Assembly (NCBI GenBank): GCA_964632315.1
Contig: CAZWEM010000007.1
Coordinates: forward strand, 59,971-123,970
DNA: 64,000 nt
Source of the DNA: an uncultured archaeon
GTDB lineage: Archaea; Asgardarchaeota; Lokiarchaeia; Sigyniarchaeales; SOKP01
Direction: 5' to 3'
The notes beneath the pieces are model-generated. The model did no database searches. It was not told the DNA's origin and saw only the letters and a program-made list of their open reading frames with translations. The position numbers were made by a program, and so were the translations under genes. This document shows, piece by piece, positions 48,057 to 59,697 of this stretch. Each line of letters opens with the position of its first letter. Within the stretch, counting starts at the first letter, position 1.

Positions 48057-50005
48057 TATTCCACCTCTCTACTAATTGCCTTACTTGGGCATATCTCTTC
48101 ACATATTCCACAATCTGAGCAAGAATTCATATCAATCATTACTTTTACTGCATCTCTTTTTATAGCTGGGCAAGCAAGTTGATTGTAACATAAACCACAT
48201 GCAGTACACATTTCTTGATTAATAATCCTAAGTTCTGGTTTCCTTCTCTTGATTACTTTTTGAATACACTCATCTTTGATCAAAACAACTTGTAAAGTAT
48301 GTTTTTCGAGAACTTCCTCACTCTTCCCTAAAATTAGATTCTTTAAAGATTGAAAATACTGTTCATCGTCATAATCATGTCTGATTACACTAACATTAGC
48401 TCCGGTACCGTTTATCAACTTTTCTAAGTCAATTTTTTCTTTATACTCACCACCCTCATAATTTTCAGTATTACTCCCAGGATGGGGTTGTTGACCAGTC
48501 ATTCCGATCCATCCATTATCCAATATTAGAATTAATATAGGAATTTTATTATGTACAGCATTAACAAGTGCAGGGATTCCTGAATGTAAAAAAGTTCCAT
48601 CTCCGATTATGGATATATTTAAATCATTACTTGTATGGGCAACTCCTTGCGCTGTTGCAATGCTTGAGCCCATACAATATTTAATATTAGCAAATCCAAG
48701 TGGAGGATATGATAGCATTGTATAGCAACCAATATCTTGATGAAAGTATACATTTAATTTTTTGCTTGATTTAATTTTATTAACTAACTGGCTTAAAGCG
48801 TATCCTGTTGTTCGATGTGGGCATCCAGAACACATCACTGGTAATCTTTTAACTGTTACAAGTTCTTCTTGGATTTTCAAATCTAAGTCCCTAATTAAAC
48901 TTGAGGAGATCTCATCTTTTAAGATGTGACTTAATGCTAAAGTTACTTTAGTTGGATTGAGCTCTCCAACTAACGATAACAAAGATTTTTCCTTAGAATA
49001 ATGAAAATAGGCTTTCCCATAAATCTTAGTTCTAATACCTGCTATTTGAGCAACTGCGAGAACTTGATTCTCGATGAAAGCGTCCATTTCTTCTAAGACA
49101 AAAACTTCCTTGAATTTCTTCAGAAATTTAATTACTTTTTTCATGGGAAAGGGATGGATAAATCCAAGTTTAAGAATGGGTGTCGAGATGTCCAAGTAGT
49201 CAATTGCTTCTTTTACATAATGATAAGAAACTCCACTTGTAATAATTCCTAATTGACTAGTACTATCTCCTTTAATAATACGATTTAAAGGACTTTCTTC
49301 TGATAACTTTAAAGCCATATTCATTCTATCATAAATCTGATTATCTTTAAGATCTATAAAATACAATCTTGAAGCAACATTAACCTCTTTGGATAAAGAG
49401 AATTCCTCGAGAAGACCATTGGTTTTTATCTCACCTAGTAGGACATTACTTCTAGCATGAGCTACCATTGTGACCGTGCGAAGTATTGTGGGTAATTTTA
49501 ATTCTCTCGAAATTTCAAATGCTCTTTTGGTGAATTCTAAACACTCTTGAGGATCACTTGGTTCTAATGCAGGAATTTTAAATAAATGTAGATAATTTCT
49601 TGAATCCATTTCTACTGCACTGGAATGCGCCTGAGGATCATCAGCTACTACTATCACGAGTGCCGAATTTGGGTTGTTTGGTTTCGATGTCGAAAGGGCA
49701 AATAAAGGATCGGAAGCAACATTCAGACCAACATTTTTCATCGCTACCATTGCCGTTGCTCCTCTTGCATATGCACCACCAGCAATTTCTATAGCAACTT
49801 TTTCATTGATACTAGATTCAACCCAATTTAATGCACTTTTCCTAAAAACTGCATTAAAAACAGTTCCAATCTCTGAACTGGGAGTACCGGGGTAATGAGT
49901 AAATACATTAATACCACTTTCAAGAGCTCCTCGTGCAATTGCTTCGTTTCCCAATAAAAATTGCCTTTCTCCCTTTTTGTAGTTGAGAATATCACCAAAA
50001 TTCAT
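48056..50005 (-). CDS. iorA: Indolepyruvate:ferredoxin oxidoreductase alpha subunit
   Basis: GNEAIARG, YPGTPSSE, NEKVA, CSGCPH, DIGCY, GDGTFLH, C-terminal 2x[4Fe-4S]. Confidence 0.95.
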   Translation of the reverse strand: MNFGDILNYKKGERQFLLGNEAIARGALESGINVFTHYPGTPSSEIGTVFNAVFRKSALNWVESSINEKVAIEIAGGAYARGATAMVAMKNVGLNVASDPLFALSTSKPNNPNSALVIVVADDPQAHSSAVEMDSRNYLHLFKIPALEPSDPQECLEFTKRAFEISRELKLPTILRTVTMVAHARSNVLLGEIKTNGLLEEFSLSKEVNVASRLYFIDLKDNQIYDRMNMALKLSEESPLNRIIKGDSTSQLGIITSGVSYHYVKEAIDYLDISTPILKLGFIHPFPMKKVIKFLKKFKEVFVLEEMDAFIENQVLAVAQIAGIRTKIYGKAYFHYSKEKSLLSLVGELNPTKVTLALSHILKDEISSSLIRDLDLKIQEELVTVKRLPVMCSGCPHRTTGYALSQLVNKIKSSKKLNVYFHQDIGCYTMLSYPPLGFANIKYCMGSSIATAQGVAHTSNDLNISIIGDGTFLHSGIPALVNAVHNKIPILILILDNGWIGMTGQQPHPGSNTENYEGGEYKEKIDLEKLINGTGANVSVIRHDYDDEQYFQSLKNLILGKSEEVLEKHTLQVVLIKDECIQKVIKRRKPELRIINQEMCTACGLCYNQLACPAIKRDAVKVMIDMNSCSDCGICEEICPSKAISREVE

Positions 50006-50087
50006 TTTTTTTTACCTTAATCTCTATGTAATTCAAAAAGTATGTATAATTCAAATATATTATACCTCATCAGAGTGGATTTAAAAT

Positions 50088-50834
50088 ATGCAAGTGACTT
50101 TTTTAGGAACTAATGGGTGGTATGCTTCAGATACTGGAAATACAGTATCAATTATAATCGAAACTGAAGATTTTTATGTCATATTGGACGCTGGTGATGG
50201 AATCTACAAAATTGATGAATATGTTAAAAGTACAAAGCCAATTGTGATTCTTTTAAGCCACCTACATCTCGATCATATAATAGGATTTCATAGTTTTGCA
50301 AAACTTCAATTTTCTCAAAAAATCGATATTATTGGATATAAAGGTGTTAAGAAAGGATTAAACATGATTATTGATCATCCTTATTCCTCACCTATTAATT
50401 CATTACCGCTAAATGTTGAAATTCATGAAATTGAAGAGGGTTTTCACAATATTTGCTTTCCTTTTGAAACTAGACTTTTAGAACATGTTGATCCTACTCT
50501 TGGATTTAGATTAAAAATTGATAATAAAACCATTACCTATTGCACCGATACCGGAATGTGCGACAATTTATATATTCTCGCAGAAAATGCGGATTTACTG
50601 ATTACAGAATGTTCTTATAAACCGGGTCAAGAGGAATGGGGCTGGCTTCATTTAAAACCGGAAGAATCAGCAGAGATCGCTAAAAGATCCAATGTAGGAA
50701 ACTTAATTTTAACTCATTTTGATGCTAGTTATTATAAAACTTTTAGAGCCCGTGAAATTGCAGGCAAGAAAGCGAAAATAATTTTCCCTAATACTCATAT
50801 TGCTAAAGATGGTTTTGAATTCCTCTTAAATTGA
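50088..50834 (+). CDS. MBL-fold metallo-hydrolase (RNase Z-like)
   Basis: FLGT, DAGDG, SHLHLDH, TDTG, ILTH. Confidence 0.88.
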   Translation: MQVTFLGTNGWYASDTGNTVSIIIETEDFYVILDAGDGIYKIDEYVKSTKPIVILLSHLHLDHIIGFHSFAKLQFSQKIDIIGYKGVKKGLNMIIDHPYSSPINSLPLNVEIHEIEEGFHNICFPFETRLLEHVDPTLGFRLKIDNKTITYCTDTGMCDNLYILAENADLLITECSYKPGQEEWGWLHLKPEESAEIAKRSNVGNLILTHFDASYYKTFRAREIAGKKAKIIFPNTHIAKDGFEFLLN

Positions 50835-50876
50835 ATAAAAAAAGGGAAAATATAATAATTTTTGATATTGGATAAT

Positions 50877-51704
50877 TTATACTTCTTTGAGTGGTTTCGA
50901 GAGAGTACTTATCCCATACGTAATAATAATGACTATTATAACTAATAAGTTAATGAAAAAAAATATCCACCTTCCTAGATCAGTCACCCAGTAGGGAAAA
51001 ATCATTGATGAGAAATTTCCCATCGCATGGTACATAATTGCAAGAAAAACATTGACATTACCGTTTTTATCTCTATTATTGTTTAAAATCCACGTGTAAA
51101 AAATTGAAGAAAGCATTTGAATAAGTATGAACTCATAGATAGGAATGAAAGATTGAGTAGGACCCGAAATGAAAAACAAGGGTAGATGCCATATCCCCCA
51201 GATAAAACCGAGAATTAGACTTGAATACAAGGCATTAAATTTTGATTGTAAACGATCCAATGCATACCCCCTCCAGCCGTATTCTTCTGTAAATGGCCCA
51301 CCAATGAAGTAATAGAGGATAAAGTTAGGAATCCACATAATGAATGGTGGAGCATATTGAAACCTGTCCATCGGTTCCATAAAACTGACGATGAGAATTG
51401 CTAATCCAGAAATGAATATGGGAATGAACAATGCTATAATCCATTTTTTATGAAATTTAAAATTCCACCCACTTAAAAATAATCTCTTTACCTCACCCTT
51501 TTCCGCTTTGAAGTATGATAAGATGAAAGCTGCAATAAAAGGTCCAAAGATGGCGAAATTGCCAAGAATTTGGATTGGTCCAGAAGCAATGATTCCTGCA
51601 GTAACCAGAATACTCGGAATCCAAAGAAGCCAAGAAATTGCGAATGATAAAAAGAAAAATATCCAAAGATTCTTTTTTTCTTCTTGAAAATTCAAGTGAA
51701 TCAT
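50877..51704 (-). CDS. CPBP/CAAX-family intramembrane metalloprotease
   Basis: EEYGWRGY, WGIWHLP, YHAMGN. Confidence 0.92.
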   Translation of the reverse strand: MIHLNFQEEKKNLWIFFFLSFAISWLLWIPSILVTAGIIASGPIQILGNFAIFGPFIAAFILSYFKAEKGEVKRLFLSGWNFKFHKKWIIALFIPIFISGLAILIVSFMEPMDRFQYAPPFIMWIPNFILYYFIGGPFTEEYGWRGYALDRLQSKFNALYSSLILGFIWGIWHLPLFFISGPTQSFIPIYEFILIQMLSSIFYTWILNNNRDKNGNVNVFLAIMYHAMGNFSSMIFPYWVTDLGRWIFFFINLLVIIVIIITYGISTLSKPLKEV

Positions 51705-51877
51705 AAAAATGAAAAATGCATTTTATAATTAATATTATTCTTGTTTGAAGAATAAAGAGATATGTCGAAGATTGTGATTTATTTCACTTAATTTTATATA
51801 ATTCTACAATTATATTTTTTCTGATTATTTTAGTCTTATTTTGGTTGAGGTAAAAATAAATAAAATGGTTTCAGATC

Positions 51878-54800
51878 ATGAAAAAAAGAGAAAATGTAAT
51901 AAAAGTCTTTGTCATATTTACTGTATTACTCAGCATTTTACTTTCCTTTAACTTCATTCAAATAAATCAAAAAAGCAACGGAAATGAAATTGAAGCAAGA
52001 GATTTAATATTAAAAGATAAAGAGAATGAAGGGTTTGGACAAAAAACAAGCGATATTCCCTCAGATATCGGGGGATATACTACATACAATGACTCTTCAT
52101 TTCATACAATCCAAAATGCCTCAAGTTTGATATCTCAGAGAGACTTTTTTGTAGATCCAAGCTCTCAATTTGAGATCCTAACCCCTCAAACTTGGAATGT
52201 CAGTTCCGCCTCTTTTTCATTAGATCCTTATGAGAAGAATCAAACCATATTGGACCCTAATTTTGATATACAATATACTTCAGGAATAAACTATTGGGGT
52301 AAAGAAAAAGTAGATAGTGGTCTTGGTTATTTTAGCTTTAATGATTTAGATAAATCTACATATGGAAGGATTAACATATATAATTTAAAGCGTAGGGAAT
52401 TTCCCGGGTTCTATGCTGGTGATCATGCCTATTGGAATACTGAATTATCAAAGATCAACCCAAATGGATTAGATGTAGCAAGAGGAAAAATAATTCAAGA
52501 ACAAGACGAAAAATCTGAAGATTTCGATTTATTTCACGTAAACCCAGGATTTTCTGTAGATTTAGATTCTCCTTATGGAGGGAGCTACGACCCCCAATGG
52601 GATACACTTGATTTATATTATGATGATTCTTCGAACAGCCTAAAAACCTTAATTGACCCAGGAGTTTCATCACTTGGAGGAAACCCTTCAGCAGCTTGGT
52701 GGTATTATCTCCGAACGCCATTTCAACCAGATTATGCTCAAATGAAGATTACATGGAGTATAGACGAAAAATCTACTTTCGAAGCCTCGGATAATTACGA
52801 AATAATTGCTAGAATTAACGATAGATATGTTAATGGGGAAAATCTAATAGCTAAAACTGGAGATATTCCTTTCAATGGGTCAGAGACCGCTCTGATGGTT
52901 TACAACAATACCAGTGTTCAAGGAGAAATTAATCATGGTACTATTTCTCGTACCTATAATATTACAGATTTAGTAAATGGTTTACTTGAGTTCAATAAAT
53001 TTGATTTCGGAGTATGGGCGAAAAACCCCACTCATGGAGGCGATGCTGACCTGATCCTTGCTAATTTTGAATCAATAGAATTTATGGTAAATACATCCAC
53101 TAAATATGAAATTGCGTCTTTACAATATAAGTATAAGTTAATTGATGAGGACATAATCAATTCAAATCCTTTTGAGAATACCGAGGATGCTTCATTTGTA
53201 CTATATTTAGAAGATCTCGATACGGGGAAAGTAAAATTAATTGAAGTACTTCCATTATCACAAGCAGAAGTCGGAGGTACTTTTCTTATGTCTCCTTGGA
53301 TTGCAATGAATTTCAGTCTATCTCAAGAATATGAAGAACTACTGCAAGCAAATAATCTTGGCTTTAAAATTGGAGTATTATTTAACAATGACTTTTACCC
53401 ACATATCGATCTCACCCATTATTTAGATGACGTGTACTTTACGATTAATTATAAACAAGATATTAATAGTGCCAAACTTTATATTAGCGTAGATGGGTCA
53501 CCTGAGGTTCAGATAAATAGCAATTATTATTTTGTAGGCACTTCCTCATGGATGGGAGGACAAATTCATAATTTTCAATTTAGGACTGATAATGCGAGAT
53601 TACTAGGAAAACTTTTTCTCAATTTTAACTCATTACAAGAAATAATTTTCAAAAGTAACCAAACACATCAAGCTATCGCGAGTTACTCAATTGAAGGGGC
53701 CAACGCAGTGCAAGGGGTGTGGAATGTTTCTTATGATAATACTTTTTCCTACACATGGCTAATTAACGCAAATTTCACTGAATTATTTAATTTTTCTTCA
53801 TACTCACTCAGTTTCATAAATTTGCCAGCGTTAGACTTAAATGGGTCACAAAGCAAGAATTGGGATATTTTCAGTGCTTCTTCTCCTACTCTAATTGATT
53901 ATACCGATCAATTGATTCGGTTTAATTATTCTGTCTTGAATTCTCTACAAAGTGCTAAAATTGAAAACGCTTTTGCTTCGGGAAATTGGGAGATTTTTGG
54001 ATATCAACCAAATTATGTTTATAGTTACTCTTTGAATAACAGTTTAGCTTATCTAGGATTATCATCATTTAATATGGATGATACAATCCTCTATAATTTA
54101 AGCCTTAAGGAAAACATTCAAGGGAATTATAGTATCGAGATGTATAATTCATCTGGAGTATTAATGAATGGATTTCCGAAATATATTTCTTCAATTGGAG
54201 AACATGTTATAGGAACCTTAGATTTAGGGGAAAATTACGATTTGGGTCTTTACTACTTGCGATTTAAATGGAATGATAGTGCGAACCCTTCAGATAACAT
54301 TCTTCGACGCGGATCTTTAATAGTGCAGTTTTACATCCTAAATGGTACGAATGCACAGTTTACTTATTTCGACCCACAGGTTGACTCTGGAGATATCGCC
54401 AATTTTACTTTAGAGTATACCACTTATCTAAATTTTGGCATAGATGGAGCAAATATTGTTGTTTATGAAAACTCCACGGGTACGTTAAGACAGTGGGGAA
54501 AAGCGTGGACGGGGTCATATGAGGTGGATGAAGTAACTTATCTTGGAGCTGGAGAATATAACATATCATTATTCACTGAAGGAGCACCAAATGGAACCTA
54601 TTCGCTCTATTTTGTTATTTCAAAGTATTTACATCGTACTCAAGTGTTACAAACAAGTTTAAAAGTCGTTGCAGAATTCTTCATTGAATTTGACATCATT
54701 TCAGGCGCATATTACGATATTTCTAACTGGATAATCGATTCTGACAATATTCCATACGTGAATGATTCAGTAAATAGTATTGTTAGGATTAATTTGACAG

Positions 54801-57655
54801 ATCAAGACACGGGAACTCCCCTTACGGGAGGTTTAGTTATTGGAACAATTGGACAAACAGAAAATTATTTTGAAGGGGTTGAGATAGGTGGTGGTCTTTA
54901 TGATTTAACCTTGGACACTACCGGTTTAAATGCGTCAACTAAATCGGGAAGTATGTATTTAAATAACGAAACCCTTGAAATTAGATGTACCTCTGGCGGA
55001 TACAACGTGAGAAAAGAAGAAGTAACAATCTTTATCGATAAAATTCCAACTCAAATAAATTTACAACCGATCGATCCCGTTTATGCTCAAAGTTCTATCT
55101 CAATCATTGCTAGCATGGTAAATAAAATCGATCCAAATAATCCCCGACCAAACGATTTAGCATCACTTACCTATTACATTCAAGAGGGAAATTCAACTAT
55201 AGAAACAGGTTTTTTAACCCATCTTCTTAGTGGGGTTTATCAAAATACTGTTTCTCTTTCGGGTTTAAGTGCAGGGAATTATTCTCTATATGTAAATGGA
55301 ACAGCCATTAATTGCGAGGATAGTCAAAGCAATATCATTTCTATTAAAGTTTTACCACAAGAATCCACAACACTACAGATAACCCTTCCAACTACTATAC
55401 GTATTTTGAAAGAGTTCCAAATTCGAACAACTTTGAGTTATGCTGTAAATGGTACCAGAATTGCAAATCAACCAGTCTCTCTAAATATAACATTGGGGAC
55501 TTCAGAAAGCTTCATCATATCGACAACAACGAATTTTGAGGGAATAAGTACTTATTATTACATCATTTCGTCGCAGTATAAAGGACAAAACATTTCAATT
55601 CAAGCGATTTATAATGGACAAGACAATATTGAAAGCAGCACTTCTTACATAGAAAAACCAATATTAGGAAAGATTCCAATCTTTTTGAACATTTATGAAT
55701 TTCCAAATTCTCTAAGAATTGGATATTCCGCTCGATATGGTTTACAGATAAATATCACGGAAGGAGGCGAGTCACTTCAAAACCGAATCATTCTTTTCTC
55801 TGCATATTATGGAAGCGATTTAGATCTTCCTTTTTATACGGATCAATTATATACTGATGTTAATGGAAAATGTGATTATATCATTCCGGAAATTGAAGAT
55901 AGCGAGCAAAATATAACCATTTTCTTTGAATATCTTGGATCAACAACAGTTTCCTACAATATAACTTCACGTTTTGACATGATTCTGCCTAAATGGAGTT
56001 CTAGTTTTACGCTAAGTCCATTGCCCACAACAATTCGTTTTGGCCAGACACTCGAGTTTTCATTGGCATTCTTTTGTGAAAATTCCTCAATTTCACTTGA
56101 AAACTTACAGGTAAGTTTTAGCTTTATATATGGCACTACAGTAGAAACCTATACAAAGTTAATTGATGTCAATAACACTCTTATTTATGAATATCGAGTA
56201 GCGAACTCATTCACAGGTAATCTTAATTATACAATAACTTTTTTGGGGACAAATCAAATTAATGGATATGGTGTCTCATCAGTAAGAGCAGTATATCCTA
56301 AAATACAAGTGAAACTCGAATTTATTCAATCCATACAAAATCAATACTTAATTGATACCTATCCATTTGAAGTGAGAGTTACTGACGAACTTGGTTCTCC
56401 TCTAGATGGTTTGCTAATCGTATTTGAAGTTCTTAATGCAAATGATGAAATAATTTCAAATTCTACCGCTCTATGTGATAATGGTATCGCTGTCGGATCT
56501 CTCTCCCTTCCAATTGGTAATAACTATAAAATTCGAGTTAAATTTGATGCGTTAAGTTATTATGAAGCATCATCTATTGTATCTGGAAACATTCGTGTCG
56601 TTAATGAATTTCTACTATTTTTAGATCTTCTCCCAATGATAGGCATTACAGCTGCGATCATTGCTGGAATAGGTTTTGTGATTCATAGAGCAGTGATTGT
56701 TCCTAAACGTCGAAGAAGAGAAGAATCTTTAAGAAAATTGTATCAAAAATTATCTGATGTTGAAAATATTCAGTATATTCTGATATTAACTGAACATGGT
56801 GTTCCTTGTTACAGTAAGAGTCTTGCCGACGTTCCAATTGATGAAACACTCATATCTGGATTTTTAAGCGCTATCTCGTCATTTGGAAAGGAGATTGGAA
56901 CAAAAATCACTGCTGCAGAAGGTGGACTTGAAGAATTATCATATAGGCAGTTTAAAATAATAGTTAATGAAGGAAATCATAGTCGAGTAGCTTTATTACT
57001 TTTGAAGCGACCTAGCCAGACACTAAAGGACAAACTGAAAAAGTTCAATAACACCTTTGAGCAAATTTACGAAGAACGACTAAAGGATTTTAATGGACAA
57101 GTGTTCGAAGATGCGCCAGTAACTAAATTAATTGAAGAAATTTTTGAAGCAGACTTACTATATCCACATCAAATTATTGATTCTAAAGTCAGTCCTTACT
57201 TAAAATCCTCAAATGCAAAAAGTTTGGATAAGAAGATCCTAGTAATTGCCCGTAGTGAAGAGTTTGAGTCTAGTTTTTATCTTAGAGATCTCATAAATCA
57301 TTTAAAAACCAAAGGTATTGAAGAGATTGAATCATTTGAAAGCATTCAGAAGCTAAAGAGTGATAAAGTGGTTTTTGCTATAAACGTTCGAACCAATTAT
57401 TTAATCGCTGAGTTTCAAAAATACATTAAATTCATGGAAAAAGATGATCGAGATGTATTATTTGCTATTTTTGATGGTCACCAAGATGCAATGAGCATTA
57501 CGAAATTTCTTAAAAAGCGAGATTTGACCTTAAAAGCAGATATTAATGCAGTTTTAGAAAAATTAAAACGCCTTCACATGATAGATGATTCCATTCAATG
57601 TACAGAAGAGGGAACCGCTGTTGCAACTCTATTAAAACTAATTCCGGATTTATAA
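51878..57655 (+). CDS. 1925-aa type-I membrane/surface protein: large Ig-like ectodomain, TM helix, cytoplasmic longin-like + wHTH module
   Basis: N-terminal hydrophobic helix; beta-rich region with many N-x-S/T sequons; TM followed by KRRRR; C-terminal ILILTEHGV...LISGFLSAISSF...LSYRQFKI. Confidence 0.8.
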   Translation: MKKRENVIKVFVIFTVLLSILLSFNFIQINQKSNGNEIEARDLILKDKENEGFGQKTSDIPSDIGGYTTYNDSSFHTIQNASSLISQRDFFVDPSSQFEILTPQTWNVSSASFSLDPYEKNQTILDPNFDIQYTSGINYWGKEKVDSGLGYFSFNDLDKSTYGRINIYNLKRREFPGFYAGDHAYWNTELSKINPNGLDVARGKIIQEQDEKSEDFDLFHVNPGFSVDLDSPYGGSYDPQWDTLDLYYDDSSNSLKTLIDPGVSSLGGNPSAAWWYYLRTPFQPDYAQMKITWSIDEKSTFEASDNYEIIARINDRYVNGENLIAKTGDIPFNGSETALMVYNNTSVQGEINHGTISRTYNITDLVNGLLEFNKFDFGVWAKNPTHGGDADLILANFESIEFMVNTSTKYEIASLQYKYKLIDEDIINSNPFENTEDASFVLYLEDLDTGKVKLIEVLPLSQAEVGGTFLMSPWIAMNFSLSQEYEELLQANNLGFKIGVLFNNDFYPHIDLTHYLDDVYFTINYKQDINSAKLYISVDGSPEVQINSNYYFVGTSSWMGGQIHNFQFRTDNARLLGKLFLNFNSLQEIIFKSNQTHQAIASYSIEGANAVQGVWNVSYDNTFSYTWLINANFTELFNFSSYSLSFINLPALDLNGSQSKNWDIFSASSPTLIDYTDQLIRFNYSVLNSLQSAKIENAFASGNWEIFGYQPNYVYSYSLNNSLAYLGLSSFNMDDTILYNLSLKENIQGNYSIEMYNSSGVLMNGFPKYISSIGEHVIGTLDLGENYDLGLYYLRFKWNDSANPSDNILRRGSLIVQFYILNGTNAQFTYFDPQVDSGDIANFTLEYTTYLNFGIDGANIVVYENSTGTLRQWGKAWTGSYEVDEVTYLGAGEYNISLFTEGAPNGTYSLYFVISKYLHRTQVLQTSLKVVAEFFIEFDIISGAYYDISNWIIDSDNIPYVNDSVNSIVRINLTDQDTGTPLTGGLVIGTIGQTENYFEGVEIGGGLYDLTLDTTGLNASTKSGSMYLNNETLEIRCTSGGYNVRKEEVTIFIDKIPTQINLQPIDPVYAQSSISIIASMVNKIDPNNPRPNDLASLTYYIQEGNSTIETGFLTHLLSGVYQNTVSLSGLSAGNYSLYVNGTAINCEDSQSNIISIKVLPQESTTLQITLPTTIRILKEFQIRTTLSYAVNGTRIANQPVSLNITLGTSESFIISTTTNFEGISTYYYIISSQYKGQNISIQAIYNGQDNIESSTSYIEKPILGKIPIFLNIYEFPNSLRIGYSARYGLQINITEGGESLQNRIILFSAYYGSDLDLPFYTDQLYTDVNGKCDYIIPEIEDSEQNITIFFEYLGSTTVSYNITSRFDMILPKWSSSFTLSPLPTTIRFGQTLEFSLAFFCENSSISLENLQVSFSFIYGTTVETYTKLIDVNNTLIYEYRVANSFTGNLNYTITFLGTNQINGYGVSSVRAVYPKIQVKLEFIQSIQNQYLIDTYPFEVRVTDELGSPLDGLLIVFEVLNANDEIISNSTALCDNGIAVGSLSLPIGNNYKIRVKFDALSYYEASSIVSGNIRVVNEFLLFLDLLPMIGITAAIIAGIGFVIHRAVIVPKRRRREESLRKLYQKLSDVENIQYILILTEHGVPCYSKSLADVPIDETLISGFLSAISSFGKEIGTKITAAEGGLEELSYRQFKIIVNEGNHSRVALLLLKRPSQTLKDKLKKFNNTFEQIYEERLKDFNGQVFEDAPVTKLIEEIFEADLLYPHQIIDSKVSPYLKSSNAKSLDKKILVIARSEEFESSFYLRDLINHLKTKGIEEIESFESIQKLKSDKVVFAINVRTNYLIAEFQKYIKFMEKDDRDVLFAIFDGHQDAMSITKFLKKRDLTLKADINAVLEKLKRLHMIDDSIQCTEEGTAVATLLKLIPDL

Positions 57656-57796
57656 TTTTTTTACTTCTTTTCATATTTTTAAAAACATTATTATACAAAA
57701 ATGTCTTAATTTCTTTCTAACGAAATCTAATTAAAATGAATTATCGGTTTTAGATAAATTTAAAATGTAATAAACCTAATCAAGGAGGTTAGTTAA

Positions 57797-58093
57797 ATGG
57801 TATATATTGTATGCATGGGAACATTTCCAGCTCATGTTGCCATGGAAGTCGGAAAGACATTCCAGAAGCTACCTAAGTTGCCTGATTTCGTAATAACCGA
57901 ACATGTATTCAACACCGCAGCGGGAGATTATACGTTTTTCTCCATTTATAAAATTGAGAATGAAAGCAAATATTTTGAAGGATTAAAAGCAATTACCAAA
58001 AGATATTCAGGTTATATGGGCATAAATGGTTATAAATATCACTTGTATCCCGTGTTAGAAGCAAAAGATGCTTTAGCTATGGTAGGTCTTTAA
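57797..58093 (+). CDS. Small hypothetical protein
   Basis: GGAGG SD; clean 98-aa ORF followed by a T-tract. Confidence 0.7.
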   Translation: MVYIVCMGTFPAHVAMEVGKTFQKLPKLPDFVITEHVFNTAAGDYTFFSIYKIENESKYFEGLKAITKRYSGYMGINGYKYHLYPVLEAKDALAMVGL

Positions 58094-58183
58094 TAACGTA
58101 AATTAAAATAATTAATTATCAAATCTGGTCTTTATTTTTTTTCCTTCCTAACATTTTTAAAATCTCAGATAGAAATAGATTTT

Positions 58184-59605
58184 ATGAATGAATTTGAAAA
58201 AAAAAATGGTTTAAAATCAGATGAATTAAATGCGCTAAAACAATCAACTGGTACGATGATCTCCTATGGATCGGCTGATTTACTGTGGCAAATATATAAT
58301 GGTATTTTTGGAGGTTTTTTCTATTTATTTTGGGAAGTAGTTATTGGATTAGACATATGGATCGTGACTCTTGCTTATACGATTTTCGCGATTTGGAATA
58401 TAGCTAATGACCCTCTATTTGGCTATATTGCAGACCGTCCTAGAAAGTTTTGGAGGAAGTACGGAAAGAGGTATCCATGGTACATTTTTGGGGGCATACC
58501 TGCAATCTTACTTCTCGCAGTTATATTCACTCCCTTGAATTTAGATCCTGTAAGCGCTGCTTGGACATATTTCTCATGGATTCTAATCTCCACGTGTCTC
58601 TATGAATTATTTTATACTATTACGAATTTGAACCATACTGCTTTATATCCTGACAAGTTTCGTTTAGATTCAGATAGACGAAAAGCTGGATTTTGGCGAA
58701 TGCTCATGGGAATTATTGGGACGGCAGTTGGATTTATAATACCGCCTCTTTTCATAGATGTAGAAATCCCTTCAACATTTGGTATTATGGCCTGGGGGTT
58801 TGTAATCGTAAATCTTGGGATTTTTGCTGCTTCGATTCCAGGACACCGAGAGGGAGATTATTTAAAAGAACGTTATGTGAGAGAACAAGAAGGAAAAAAA
58901 CCTGTTTCCTTTTTTCACTCATTAAAAATCGTACTTACACATAAAAATTTCATGGTCGTGATTTTAGTATTTTTAATGGACGGAATTATAGGAGCAAGTT
59001 TAACAGCATCAATCCAATATGTCACAATTTTTATACTTCAAGAAGAAGAAAGCATGGCAATCTTAATTTTGGCTCCATTTATCTTAGGAGTAGTTCTTTC
59101 ACTGTTTCCTTGGTTAATTCTATCACAAAAAATGAAAAATAATAGGAGAATGTTGATAATTGGTGTATTCTTGAATACAATTGGGTTACTACCTTTCATA
59201 TTTGCGACGGATACTCTTGGATTCATACTTGCTGCTATATTCTTAGGTATAGGTGGAGGAGCTTTGAGAATTGGACAAAATCCCGTATTAGCAGACGCAA
59301 TTGATGAAGCCGTTGTAGATTCTAAAGAACATATTGAGGGAAGTTTAATGGGCGTATACACCTCCTTTATTCGCTTCTCTTTAATTGCACAAGGTTTGAT
59401 ATTCGCAATTACCCACACTTTAACAGGTTTTAATTCAAAATCAGCAACTCAAACACCGCTAGCACAATTCGGTATTCGACTACATACTGCGTTCATTCCA
59501 ATGATCTTGACTCTCATTGCTCTTGTTGTATTTGTTCTCGTTTACGATTTAACACCTAAAAAGACTAAATCTATTCAAGAGAAACTCAAGGAATTAGAAC
59601 TATAG
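58184..59605 (+). CDS. MFS transporter, GPH/MelB-like family
   Basis: WNIANDPLFGYIADR, GKRYPW, LADAIDE; about 12 TM helices. Confidence 0.9.
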   Translation: MNEFEKKNGLKSDELNALKQSTGTMISYGSADLLWQIYNGIFGGFFYLFWEVVIGLDIWIVTLAYTIFAIWNIANDPLFGYIADRPRKFWRKYGKRYPWYIFGGIPAILLLAVIFTPLNLDPVSAAWTYFSWILISTCLYELFYTITNLNHTALYPDKFRLDSDRRKAGFWRMLMGIIGTAVGFIIPPLFIDVEIPSTFGIMAWGFVIVNLGIFAASIPGHREGDYLKERYVREQEGKKPVSFFHSLKIVLTHKNFMVVILVFLMDGIIGASLTASIQYVTIFILQEEESMAILILAPFILGVVLSLFPWLILSQKMKNNRRMLIIGVFLNTIGLLPFIFATDTLGFILAAIFLGIGGGALRIGQNPVLADAIDEAVVDSKEHIEGSLMGVYTSFIRFSLIAQGLIFAITHTLTGFNSKSATQTPLAQFGIRLHTAFIPMILTLIALVVFVLVYDLTPKKTKSIQEKLKELEL

Positions 59606-59697
59606 AGTTTTCAATATCTATTTTCTTTTTTCGTACAACTTATTAAATTGGTGATTTAATTAGATTAAAATTCTAATGATTCACATTTAATCATATT

